Positions 38,532 through 47,645 of a stretch of DNA of 64,000 nucleotides are shown in pieces; position 1 is the stretch's first letter, and each line of letters begins with the position of its first letter. Source of the stretch: an uncultured virus (IMG/VR IMGVR_UViG_3300036045_000006). Lineage: Duplodnaviria; Heunggongvirae; Uroviricota; Caudoviricetes. Made by a program: the position numbers and the translations under genes. A model generated the notes under the pieces. That model was not told the origin of the DNA and did not search any database. It saw nothing but the letters and a program-made list of their open reading frames with translations. The stretch lies in IMG/VR virus record IMGVR_UViG_3300036045_000006. One strand, 5' to 3'.

Positions 38532-38609
38532 CTCAATGTCGCATCTGTAACAGGGCAGGGGGAGCTTAGTCCCTCCCCCCGCCCGCAGCACGAGCTATGG
38601 AGGTAGCCC

Positions 38610-38816
38610 ATGCCAAGCAAGCATTATATCTGCCCACACTGCAACCGCGTACTGGAAGTGTTTGTCCAGGAGGCTGTGACCTTCGACCTGCACCAGGTGA
38701 CCTGCACGTGCGAGCCGAGCGGTCGGACGACCGTGACCGTCCGCAAGGAATACGTCAGCACCAACGAAGCGGCCCGCCGCCGCGAAGCATGGAAACTGAA
38801 ACTTGCCCGGTCCTGA
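38610..38816 (+). CDS. Small Zn-ribbon protein
   Basis: CPHC...CTC; RBS GGAGG. Confidence 0.6.
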   Translation: MPSKHYICPHCNRVLEVFVQEAVTFDLHQVTCTCEPSGRTTVTVRKEYVSTNEAARRREAWKLKLARS

Positions 38817-39618
38817 TGTGACCTGGCTGATCCCGGACGGCGACGACGATGTTGACCTGCTGGCCGGGATGTTTGATTTCGACTCGCCGACCGAACTGTT
38901 CTTAACCCCTATTCCCCTGGAGGATGCCTTGACCGAACCGACCAAGACCAACTGGCGTGACCAGCTCAATGCTGCACGTCAGGTGCGCGAGACAGAAGAA
39001 GAGGCGCGGCGACAGCATGACGCCGCGCGCGGAGCCCAATACGCACGCCAGCGCGGTCAATATGTTTCCCGCCTGTTGCAGGCTGCCGGGCTGCCGGTCG
39101 AAGACCCGGGCGACGATAAAGTGATGCTGGGCAGCTATACCTTCTCGAAGAAAACCCGCGATTACCGTGACGCGCTGCGAATTTCGCGCGCTGTGCCTGA
39201 CGCAATTGCCATTGAGACTCTACCGGATGGCGTAGACCTGTTTCAGTATCGCCATGAGGTCGAACATTATATCTGGATCGACGGACCGGTTTTAGACCCG
39301 TTGATCCTGGCTAATACGCTGGACGAACTGGACGATTGGGCAGAGCACGCACGAGCGCGCAACAGTGACGTGATGCAGGCCCATCTGTCAGGCTCAACGG
39401 TCGAGGCTCTGAACGATATTGAACCTCCCCGTGAGGCCCCGATCGAAGCGGATCCGGATCACGTCCTGGTCGTTTGGGATCCTAATCGGGAGATCGTGCA
39501 GGATAAACTTAACGCGGCTTATGCGCAGGGCTGGCGACTGTTCAGCGTTTTTGACAATGAGGGTTATATCACCGCCATCCTGACGCGCGATGGCGCAAGA
39601 ACGGTGCTGGCCGAGTGA
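38803..39618 (+). CDS. Hypothetical protein (start uncertain)
   Basis: ORF track; consistent with operon direction. Confidence 0.55.
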   Translation: MPGPDVTWLIPDGDDDVDLLAGMFDFDSPTELFLTPIPLEDALTEPTKTNWRDQLNAARQVRETEEEARRQHDAARGAQYARQRGQYVSRLLQAAGLPVEDPGDDKVMLGSYTFSKKTRDYRDALRISRAVPDAIAIETLPDGVDLFQYRHEVEHYIWIDGPVLDPLILANTLDELDDWAEHARARNSDVMQAHLSGSTVEALNDIEPPREAPIEADPDHVLVVWDPNREIVQDKLNAAYAQGWRLFSVFDNEGYITAILTRDGARTVLAE

Positions 39619-39999
39619 ATAATCTGGATCGGCACGCTGCTGCTGTCACAATCAGCGTCAGCAGCAGCTATCAACCTAGCAATTGACCGCCGGAATGCCT
39701 GGCACGAAAACTACGAGAAACGTCATGAATAACATCAAACCGTATGAAGCTGAACCCCTCGGCACGAAATTCAAAAGCGGTCAGGGGGAACTGGCTCAAC
39801 TCAAGAAACAGATCCAGTTGGCCCACGCCGCGCTCGACATGTACGGGATCGCGCCGTCCAACAATCTGCGCGACCGGATCGCCCGGCTGGCGCAGCGCCA
39901 AAGCGATTACGCGGCCTGGGGCATGGACAAAATGCAGGAGCGTCACGCGGCGCTCAAGATCGCCAAGCAGGCCATCCAGTTTAAGTTCCCGGTGACGCG

Positions 40000-40443
40000 A
40001 TGACGGTCAGCGACAAGCTGCGCGGCAGCTTCCTGAACCTGGTGCGCCAGTCCAATGGTGATTTCCAGATCGGTGTAACGGCCTCACTGGTAGCTCACAA
40101 CTGGCAGATCGACGCGCTGCTGGACGCGCTTGCGCATCTCAGTCCGCGAATGCGACGGAACGCTTTTGCGGTCGTCACCGCTTATATGCAAATACATGAA
40201 GAGGATGAGGGCACGTCGCGGCTGTTCATCCGAATGCAGGACCTGTGCGCCGAACGGCTCAACATCGAGCCGGATACCCGGATGCAGGAACATCTGCTGC
40301 TATACGTCATTCCGGCTGTATTCGATAACGAGGCCAGCGCTGTGGCCGCTTTGTCAGCGTATCTGGTCAGCAGCCGCGCCAACACGGCGCGGTATCAGAA
40401 AATCTGGACGTTCCTCCGGGACGAGGACTGGTCGCCGGATTGA
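40000..40443 (+). CDS. Hypothetical protein
   Basis: ATGA coupling. Confidence 0.55.
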   Translation: MTVSDKLRGSFLNLVRQSNGDFQIGVTASLVAHNWQIDALLDALAHLSPRMRRNAFAVVTAYMQIHEEDEGTSRLFIRMQDLCAERLNIEPDTRMQEHLLLYVIPAVFDNEASAVAALSAYLVSSRANTARYQKIWTFLRDEDWSPD

Positions 40444-40487
40444 TGTTTGCACGATCGGCAAATACCTGTTAATGCAAGGAGACCTCA

Positions 40488-40964
40488 ATGACTGGACAAC
40501 CGAAACTTGAAACCGGCAGTGTCGTGCGCGTCCGAGAGAACGCCCGCGCCTTGCATATGCCGCATCATTTGAGCAGCGGCTATGACGGCATGACCGGCGT
40601 CGCGTCGCTTTTTGACAAAGAAGTCGGGAATGCCAGTGTCGCACTTGAAGGACATGCTGGCCGCGTATTTCGGATTGAAGACCTCGAAGTGATCGGCGAG
40701 CCGTATCCGTTCTGCGTTGGGGACTGGGTAAAGCTGCTGGAATCAGGCAGCGCTTCTGATCCTTTGGAGGTGATGCAGGTGCTGGAAGTGTTTCAAGGTG
40801 ACAATGGCGAGCGGTATCTGCGCACGCTGTGTATCGACGGTGTGCAGCGCGAATGGCCCGCCTGCCTGTTTCGTCCGGCCAAATCGGACGAACTGTTCGC
40901 CGAGAAAAATCGGCTTATGGACCTCAGTTATCAGATGACTTTATTTGCCTTCAGTAAAATCTGA
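40488..40964 (+). CDS. Tandem SH3/KOW-like hypothetical protein
   Basis: LETGSVVRV and FCVGDWVKL units; RBS AAGGAG. Confidence 0.55.
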   Translation: MTGQPKLETGSVVRVRENARALHMPHHLSSGYDGMTGVASLFDKEVGNASVALEGHAGRVFRIEDLEVIGEPYPFCVGDWVKLLESGSASDPLEVMQVLEVFQGDNGERYLRTLCIDGVQREWPACLFRPAKSDELFAEKNRLMDLSYQMTLFAFSKI

Positions 40965-41479
40965 TGCCTGAGACAATTATCACTCTTATAATCCCGGAGG
41001 ATTATGAGACCAACACCGAGCGCCATGTCGTCATCCGGCGCGGGGACCTCGCGACGACGATGACTTTTCGGCAAGTGGGCACGCCCGACTATCTGACGAT
41101 ATTCCAGGAAGCCGATGCGCGCCTGAGCGCACTGGAAGCCGCGCCGCCGCCGGAGATCACCATCTCCGAACCGACCCGCGCCGCGTCGGCTGCCAAATCC
41201 ACACCTGACCCCAGGCCCGCGCCGCCGCCCAAGCCTCAGCCGTGGCTGCTGGATGTCGCCGGAAAAAAGGTGAAGGTCGCGCCCGAGGCGCTGGCATTCA
41301 CCGGCGATACCCCGGCGCTGGAGCTGGCCGCCCGATTGATCGAAGCGCGGCTTTGGGACGGCGTCACCCCCATTCGGATCGACCCGGCGGCGCTAACGGA
41401 AAAGATCGGGGACAAAACCCCGAAGCAGATCGGACTCTTATATAAGCTCGATGCTCTCGCAGAAAGGATCGTTCCATGA
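40964..41479 (+). CDS. Protein coupled to the ubiquitin-like gene (PRTRC protein E-like position)
   Basis: Small N-terminal domain plus Pro/Ala linker; ATGA overlap with the Ubl gene. Assignment is positional. Confidence 0.45.
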   Translation: MPETIITLIIPEDYETNTERHVVIRRGDLATTMTFRQVGTPDYLTIFQEADARLSALEAAPPPEITISEPTRAASAAKSTPDPRPAPPPKPQPWLLDVAGKKVKVAPEALAFTGDTPALELAARLIEARLWDGVTPIRIDPAALTEKIGDKTPKQIGLLYKLDALAERIVP

Positions 41480-41718
41480 CCGACATGCAGGACGTCAACG
41501 GCGCTGAAGAGACCGCGCCTGTCCCCACCACCCGCATTTTCAAGATCGGCTCCGCGCGTATCGTCGAGGACGAGTCGCTGCGCGGCCTGTCGATTGATGA
41601 CGCAAAGGCGCGGCTGAAGGCGGCTTACCCGGAAATTGCCAACGCCACCCACCGCGAAAAGACCGAAGGCGAGCACACTCTCGTCGAGTTCCTCCCTCAG
41701 CCGGGGCGCAAAGGCTGA
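41476..41718 (+). CDS. Prokaryotic ubiquitin-like protein (PRTRC protein C type)
   Basis: RIFKIG...LSIDDAKARLKAAYPEIANA...VEFLPQPGRKG; YPE-ANA motif and terminal GxKG. Confidence 0.85.
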   Translation: MTDMQDVNGAEETAPVPTTRIFKIGSARIVEDESLRGLSIDDAKARLKAAYPEIANATHREKTEGEHTLVEFLPQPGRKG

Positions 41719-41723
41719 ACGCC

Positions 41724-42143
41724 GTGCAGGGCACACTGAAAGAAAAGATGGTGCTGGTTGCGCAGCCGGAATATCAGGCGCTGCGTGTGTTCTTCAGCCT
41801 CATCGTTGACCATCACCTGCTGACCGACTCGATGGAGCAGCTTCGCACCAGTGAGCAGGATTATCAGGTGATCGCCTACCACCAGCTGCGCGCAGTAATC
41901 GAGGACCTGGACCAGCGATACAGCGGCAGGCCGTACGCGGTCCCGGATGGGGTGACCCTGATCGCGGAACGAAACGCGGCGATGCGGCTGCTGGACGCGC
42001 AGAGCTTCGATATGGATGCGCTGCAAATTCGCTTTAACAACCTGACATCAGCAGTCCGGGATTACCTGGACAACGCCGATGGCCCTTACGCGCCGAAAGC
42101 GCGTGCCGCGCTGCGGGCTGCCTTCGAGGTGGTGGCTCGATGA
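41724..42143 (+). CDS. Hypothetical protein
   Basis: ORF track; within the operon. Confidence 0.55.
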   Translation: MQGTLKEKMVLVAQPEYQALRVFFSLIVDHHLLTDSMEQLRTSEQDYQVIAYHQLRAVIEDLDQRYSGRPYAVPDGVTLIAERNAAMRLLDAQSFDMDALQIRFNNLTSAVRDYLDNADGPYAPKARAALRAAFEVVAR

Positions 42144-42604
42144 TCAAGACGAGCTACCTGCAAGCGGGTCTTCAGGACCCGACCCAGCTCCTGAAGGAAA
42201 GCTGGCAGACCGCTTCGATGCGGGACTTCGCCTACCGCATGGCGATGTTCGAGCAGAACGTGTATGACCTCGATCAGCTGGGTGACGATTACCGCGAATG
42301 GGGAATGCTGCCCAGCCGGGCAACCTCCGCGCCCGCGCGCATCGTCGATCTGCGCCAGACATGCGGCGCGTTTCCGTCGCAGTGGGAGGGGCAGCTGGCC
42401 GATGGCCGTGAGCTTTATATCCGCTATCGCGGTGGCGTGCTGCGTTTGCATTTCAGTACGCCGGAGGAGCCGGACGCCGTCGCTGCGCCGCCGGTCTGGG
42501 TGGTGGCGGTCGGTCACCCCAACGATGGCCTCATGGAAGAGGATGAGATGCTCGCCCGGCTCGCGGCGTTCATCACCCTCGAAGGTGAGGCGATCGATGC
42601 CTGA
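42140..42604 (+). CDS. Hypothetical protein with TCxAxPSQWEG motif
   Basis: QTCGAFPSQWEGQLADGRELYIRYRGG. Confidence 0.6.
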   Translation: MIKTSYLQAGLQDPTQLLKESWQTASMRDFAYRMAMFEQNVYDLDQLGDDYREWGMLPSRATSAPARIVDLRQTCGAFPSQWEGQLADGRELYIRYRGGVLRLHFSTPEEPDAVAAPPVWVVAVGHPNDGLMEEDEMLARLAAFITLEGEAIDA

Positions 42605-42947
42605 GCGCATGATCCTCGAAGTGACGGAGATGCCGACGATCTACGTCGATGATCGGGATCCCTTTTACGGCATGGCGGATTGGGACCTCACCGAGATCAG
42701 CGTCATCTGCGCCCGTACAGCCGCGGCGCTGGACGCCTGGTCGGTTGCTTATGCGAACCAGATTGCGATGCTTGCCCCGGAGCTGATCGCCGCGCTGGAC
42801 GCAATCCGGGCCATCATGGAGGATCACGGATGATGATCTACCTGGTGGTTATCCTGCTGGCCCTGATCGCGGCATTGGCTTATCAGAACCGCTGCCTGCA
42901 TGAACAGGTCGCGTATCTCTCCCGCGTGGTCGATATGGAGCAAAACG

Positions 42948-43688
42948 ATGGTTAACCCGTTTCAGTTTAAGGACGATGTGGATTTTCTGGCGCTGGCGAC
43001 CGTCCAGCCGGAGCCCCTACTTGAGTCAGAAGACGCCACCGATCAGACGTATTACCATCGCCAGGAAATGACCTGGGCCTATGTGTTTGAGGTCGGGGAG
43101 GGTGACGCCCGCCGACGGGTTGCTGCCTCGTCGGATGGATACGCGCTGCATGTGGTCTGCAATCCAAAGACCTATACCACGCTTCCGGATGGCACGCAGG
43201 CCATCCAGCTGCCGCATTCCTGGCCGTGGGATGAGGGGATGATTTATCGGCGCGAACAGATTCGGGAACGGGTGGAAATGTATCTGAACTGGCATGACGA
43301 TGCGCACCAGGTCGTCACCCTGAAAATGAAAGCCGAGGCGCTGGATACCGTGCTGGAGAAGATTGACGGTCAATACTGCATTCTGGATGTGCGTAACAAC
43401 CGGCCTCACTTTTATGCGGGCGGGACGACCTACATTCCTGACGGCTGGACTGTCACCGGGTCCGGCATAACCGGCTTCACATCATCCTTTCTTCGTCGTC
43501 TTCGGGCTGCGTACTACTTTCAGCCTGTGATCCAGCTGAGCTTTGTGCCAGCAGTTGACCTGGCGCATGAAAAAGGCGCGGCCATTTTGGTGGGTAACCG
43601 CGACAGCCGTTACGCGCTAATCGCACCTGTCTATCTGCTGATGCTTGCCGAGGATGTCAAGAAACTTCGATCGGTGGTGCCCGAATGA
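42948..43688 (+). CDS. Divergent sliding-clamp (DnaN)-like protein, tentative
   Basis: VAASSDGYALH resembles xATDGHRL; RYALIAPV resembles the clamp C-terminal YxxMPx. Confidence 0.4.
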   Translation: MVNPFQFKDDVDFLALATVQPEPLLESEDATDQTYYHRQEMTWAYVFEVGEGDARRRVAASSDGYALHVVCNPKTYTTLPDGTQAIQLPHSWPWDEGMIYRREQIRERVEMYLNWHDDAHQVVTLKMKAEALDTVLEKIDGQYCILDVRNNRPHFYAGGTTYIPDGWTVTGSGITGFTSSFLRRLRAAYYFQPVIQLSFVPAVDLAHEKGAAILVGNRDSRYALIAPVYLLMLAEDVKKLRSVVPE

Positions 43689-43902
43689 CCCCCGAACAAC
43701 TCGCAATCCTCATCGCCGCGGTCGAGCCTGTCAGCCTGGCCGCGGTGCGGCTGCTGGGCACCGTGTACACCGTAGACGACGCTCGCAAAGCGACGGTTGA
43801 ACTGCTCGACTACGGCGAGCGGTGCGCAGACATGGCCAACCTGATGAGCAACCTGGCCGCCGTGCCTGTGATGGATCCCCGCATGGTCGAGGCGTTCGCG
43901 CT

Positions 43903-45087
43903 GTGAGCGATCCGCTGTCTCTCGAAGTGGCCCGGCGCGAAATGCTGTACGCGCTTGCGCCGTGCGCGCCGCTTCAGGCAATCCTGCAGGCGATGGCGCT
44001 GTTTGACCCGGTGGCGGTCATGGGTCAATTGGATATGGACGACCCCGCCGACCTACTGTTGTCCATCGTCCGCGATTACCTGAGGTCTGAGTACGGCCAG
44101 ATCGCCTGGCGCATGGTGCATGAACGCATCGACCAGGACGAGATCGGGCGTGAGTTAGTGGCCGCCATCAACGAAATCTTCCACACCGAATACGATCTCG
44201 ATGATATTGACTTTGTCGCGTTCGGTGTTCCGCATCCCACGTTTGGGATCGGCTGGACGTTCGGGCTAAAAGAGGATTACGGCGTTGGCGCCATCGCCCG
44301 CGACGGCATCCGCGATGTGATCGACCTGTTCGACGGCGATATCGACGAGGGCGAATTCAATCACGAGTTGGTCGATCGGTTCATGAAGCAGCTGCGCCCC
44401 CGCTTCAATGATGATGTGTACAGCGAAACCTGGGCGTTTATCGGCTGGGTGTTTGCGATGTCGGGTAACACGCTGCTGGATTCGACGCAGGAAGAGCTGG
44501 CCGAACTTGGCGTGTATGAAAGATGGAGCCGGGACGCGGTGGCCAACATGCTCGCCATTATCGAAGAGGCCGAAGAGATGCACGCCCAGGCGCTGAAGGC
44601 CTGCGGCTGGATGGAAAACAATGAGGCTTACGCCGCATGGCTGCGCGGCGCTGTGGAGGAGATACGCAATGGTTGCGAATTTGGCTGGCCCGACATCGGC
44701 AGCCTTTTCCCCGACGAACGACGCGCTGCGGCTGGCGATGGCCCTTCAGCCGCTGCTCATCCTGACGATTTACGAACACGCCGCCATTGTCCGGCGGCCC
44801 GCCGAGTCGGCCAACGTCGAGTACGCGGTCGATCCCAAGGACGTGATCGCCGCGCTGTCAGGCGACATGGAAATGTCCACCGGATTGCTGGGCGGCAATA
44901 CGCTGTTGGTGTCGCAGCGCGGCGCCCGTCAGCGCGTGGTCGAGTTTCGTCCCGCCCAGGTCACCGGCCTGTGGCTGGAAGGATCGGAAACGCCTATCCG
45001 CGTCCCGCTTCCGCCGCTCATCATGGAGCGCGTGGTCACCGGCGGCACACCGTCCTATCGAGTCTTCGCCATCAAGCGGCGGCCTGA
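43903..45087 (+). CDS. Acidic protein upstream of E2 (PRTRC protein F-like position)
   Basis: GTG overlaps the upstream TGA; WVFAMSGNTLLD...WSRDAV; frame stays open 419 nt into the E2 gene. Confidence 0.6.
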   Translation: MSDPLSLEVARREMLYALAPCAPLQAILQAMALFDPVAVMGQLDMDDPADLLLSIVRDYLRSEYGQIAWRMVHERIDQDEIGRELVAAINEIFHTEYDLDDIDFVAFGVPHPTFGIGWTFGLKEDYGVGAIARDGIRDVIDLFDGDIDEGEFNHELVDRFMKQLRPRFNDDVYSETWAFIGWVFAMSGNTLLDSTQEELAELGVYERWSRDAVANMLAIIEEAEEMHAQALKACGWMENNEAYAAWLRGAVEEIRNGCEFGWPDIGSLFPDERRAAAGDGPSAAAHPDDLRTRRHCPAARRVGQRRVRGRSQGRDRRAVRRHGNVHRIAGRQYAVGVAARRPSARGRVSSRPGHRPVAGRIGNAYPRPASAAHHGARGHRRHTVLSSLRHQAAA

Positions 45088-45403
45088 ACTCACGGACAGA
45101 CGGGTCGGCAGTGATCCGCTGTTCAACGCGCCGCTTCCGAATGTCGGCCACGGTGGCGTGTGCTGGGGGACGGTCGCCAAACCGTCCGACGCGCACCTGA
45201 AGGGGACAAGCCTGGCACGTGACTGGGAGCTGCTTCTCGGCAGCGAGTTCGGCAGCCACAACGTTGGCTACAAAAGCCTGAAGTACGGGACGGACATCCG
45301 CCAGATGTACGTATCGCTTGAAGGAAAAACCCGTTACCCGGTCAGCGATCTGGTGTCTGCCAACATGACCGTGGCCAAACTGCTTCAGATGGAGGAGTCA
45401 TGA
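44669..45403 (+). CDS. Prokaryotic E2 family D (PRTRC protein B type)
   Basis: RBS GGAGGAG before ATG 44669; VPLPPLI, YRVFAIK, PLFNAPLPNVGHGGVCWG (candidate catalytic Cys), SEFGSH. Confidence 0.85.
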   Translation: MVANLAGPTSAAFSPTNDALRLAMALQPLLILTIYEHAAIVRRPAESANVEYAVDPKDVIAALSGDMEMSTGLLGGNTLLVSQRGARQRVVEFRPAQVTGLWLEGSETPIRVPLPPLIMERVVTGGTPSYRVFAIKRRPELTDRRVGSDPLFNAPLPNVGHGGVCWGTVAKPSDAHLKGTSLARDWELLLGSEFGSHNVGYKSLKYGTDIRQMYVSLEGKTRYPVSDLVSANMTVAKLLQMEES

Positions 45404-46155
45404 CCTGGACCTTTGAATACAGTCAACGGATCGACTCGATCATGGTCGTCGGACTGGGCGGCACCGGCTCTCAGGTCGGACGGTCGCTGGCGCGGCTGCT
45501 GTATGACATGAAGTCGCGCGGCCTGCACATTCCGTCGCTGCACTTCGTGGACCCTGACCGGGTCGAAGCCAAGAACGTAGGACGCCAGATGTTCACGCCG
45601 GCAGATGTCGGACGGTATAAGGCCGAAGTGCTGGCGAACCGCTTCTCACTGGCGCTGGGCCTGCCGATTCGTTTCTCCAATGTAGCCTTCCACGGCGCGC
45701 AGTATCGCACTCTCGTGATCGGGTGTGTGGATAACCACGAGGCGCGCAAGGCGATTCACGATAAGCTATCCATCATGAACCTGCCGTGGATTGACTGCGG
45801 CAACCACTTCGCCAGCGGGCAGGTAATCCTCGGAACGACGGCGCGCGCGGAGTCGGTGCAGCCCAAAGACGGCAAGTTCTTTAATCTGCCGTATGCGCCG
45901 CTGGTCTTCCCTCAATTGCTGGAGCCGGAACCACCGCGCGCGGTAGAACTGTCGTGCGCGGACCTGGTCGCTCAGGGCGATCAGCATTTGTTCATCAACG
46001 ATATGATCGCCACGGTCGCCATGCAGTACGTATACAAGCTGCTGCTGCGCCAGCCGATTACCAGCTTCATGACGTTCGTTGACCTCGACACCGTCACGGT
46101 CAAAAGCGTCACCCTCAGTCCGTCCGACCTGGGCGCTTATCTGCCCGCCGCGTGA
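45400..46155 (+). CDS. ThiF/E1-like adenylyltransferase (PRTRC ThiF type)
   Basis: VVGLGGTGS, DPDRVEAKNVGRQMF, VIGCVDN, WIDCGN, LSCAD...QHLFIN. Confidence 0.93.
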   Translation: MTWTFEYSQRIDSIMVVGLGGTGSQVGRSLARLLYDMKSRGLHIPSLHFVDPDRVEAKNVGRQMFTPADVGRYKAEVLANRFSLALGLPIRFSNVAFHGAQYRTLVIGCVDNHEARKAIHDKLSIMNLPWIDCGNHFASGQVILGTTARAESVQPKDGKFFNLPYAPLVFPQLLEPEPPRAVELSCADLVAQGDQHLFINDMIATVAMQYVYKLLLRQPITSFMTFVDLDTVTVKSVTLSPSDLGAYLPAA

Positions 46156-46772
46156 AATCGTGGCGGGTTGTCCGCGACGATGGCGACCGGGTGAAGCAGG
46201 TCATCGTCGAAGATCATTACCTCCAGCGTTGGCCGGACGCGCGCAGTCTGCCGTTCGCCTATCGGCTCATCCCGACACTAGAAGGGTTAGGGCACTGCGC
46301 GGAAGACGGCCGCCCGTTCGGGGTGGTGGTGTTTAAAAAACCACAGCATCAGCAGCAGCGCGGGTTGTTCGGGTATTCAGGGTTGCCCACGTCTTGGCAG
46401 GTTCTCGATCTGGCGCGGGTGTGGGTGCATCCAACGTTGCAGCGCAAACGCGAGGATGGTCATGCCGCCTGCACCTTTTCGCAGATGGTCGGCCTCGCCA
46501 TCCGCCGCGTGCAGCAGGATTGGCTCATCCATCATCCGCCGCGTTACCCCGAACTGCCGTATCACATCGAGGTCATTGTGAGCTACTGCGATTTGCAGCA
46601 TCACGATGGCACGGCCTACCGCGCCAGCGGATTCCGCTGGATCGGTTACACCACCGACCGCAAGAAAGAGGTCTACGCGCGCAATCTTCTGCCACCGCTC
46701 AAGCGTTGGCGGATGCCGGGCGATGTGCAGATCCCGCTGCCCGGCTTCGGCGCGCCTTTGAAATATGATTAG
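46152..46772 (+). CDS. Mom-family (GNAT-fold) DNA modification protein
   Basis: VLDLARVWV...VIVSYCD...HDGTAYRASGFRWIG, matching the Mom-type SYAD...HxGxxYxA motif. Confidence 0.75.
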   Translation: MKSWRVVRDDGDRVKQVIVEDHYLQRWPDARSLPFAYRLIPTLEGLGHCAEDGRPFGVVVFKKPQHQQQRGLFGYSGLPTSWQVLDLARVWVHPTLQRKREDGHAACTFSQMVGLAIRRVQQDWLIHHPPRYPELPYHIEVIVSYCDLQHHDGTAYRASGFRWIGYTTDRKKEVYARNLLPPLKRWRMPGDVQIPLPGFGAPLKYD

Positions 46773-46779
46773 GAGACCT

Positions 46780-47382
46780 ATGTCTACAGCACAAGTTGAA
46801 GCCGCTCGCTGGGCGTATGACCTGATACACAGCCGGTTCACCATTCTCGATACCGAAACCACCGGCCTTGATCCCAGCGTCGATCAGGCCGTGGAGATCG
46901 CCGTCATCGACCAGGACGGTAACACGCTGTTCAATCGGCGGGTGAAGCCCACCTGCGCGATTGGCGAAAAGGCGATCGCCATCCACCGCATTGACGCCCA
47001 GGCGCTGACCAACGCGCCGGGCTTTGGCGCGGTCGCGGACGACTTTACCCGCGCGATCGCCGGTCGCACGCTGGTGATTTACAACGCCAGCTATGATACG
47101 TGGGTGATCCGCAATACATTCCGGGGCGCAGGCCTGGCCGCGCCGCGCCTGGACCCGATGTGCGCGATGCTTCAGTACGCGCGCTTCCACGGGGACTGGA
47201 ACGGCTATCACCAGTCCTACCGCTGGCAGCGTTTGACGGACGCGATCGCGCAGTGCGACCTACCCATCAAGGACGCCCACAGCGCCCTGGGGGATTGCCG
47301 CATGACGCTGGCGGTCATTCGCCATATGGCAGTGTGGTATGATCAACACGTAAAAAACGCAGGTCAGGCGAGGGGAGAGTGA
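46780..47382 (+). CDS. DEDDh 3'-5' exonuclease (DnaQ-like)
   Basis: ILDTETTGL, IYNASYD, AHSALGDC. Confidence 0.93.
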   Translation: MSTAQVEAARWAYDLIHSRFTILDTETTGLDPSVDQAVEIAVIDQDGNTLFNRRVKPTCAIGEKAIAIHRIDAQALTNAPGFGAVADDFTRAIAGRTLVIYNASYDTWVIRNTFRGAGLAAPRLDPMCAMLQYARFHGDWNGYHQSYRWQRLTDAIAQCDLPIKDAHSALGDCRMTLAVIRHMAVWYDQHVKNAGQARGE

Positions 47383-47645
47383 TGGACGAAGCACTAAGCA
47401 ACGAGGAAATTAACGCTGCGATTGAAGCGCTTGGGCTACCGGCTGCAAACTACGCTGGGGAGATTGAAGCCGCCTTGCGACTGATTGAAGCAAACGGTGA
47501 AATCCTCACGCTGCGGAAATTGTTCATCGGGTGGCACGCTACGCTGGATGATCCGTACATGGACGATAGCACGGCCGGGTACGACTCGGACATGACGCGG
47601 GCGGTGGCATTGGCGTATCTCAATTATCGACGCGCGCGGGGGTGA
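47379..47645 (+). CDS. Small phage protein (ABA-sandwich-like, tentative)
   Basis: NYAGEIEAALRLIE...RAVALAYL. Confidence 0.45.
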   Translation: MMDEALSNEEINAAIEALGLPAANYAGEIEAALRLIEANGEILTLRKLFIGWHATLDDPYMDDSTAGYDSDMTRAVALAYLNYRRARG

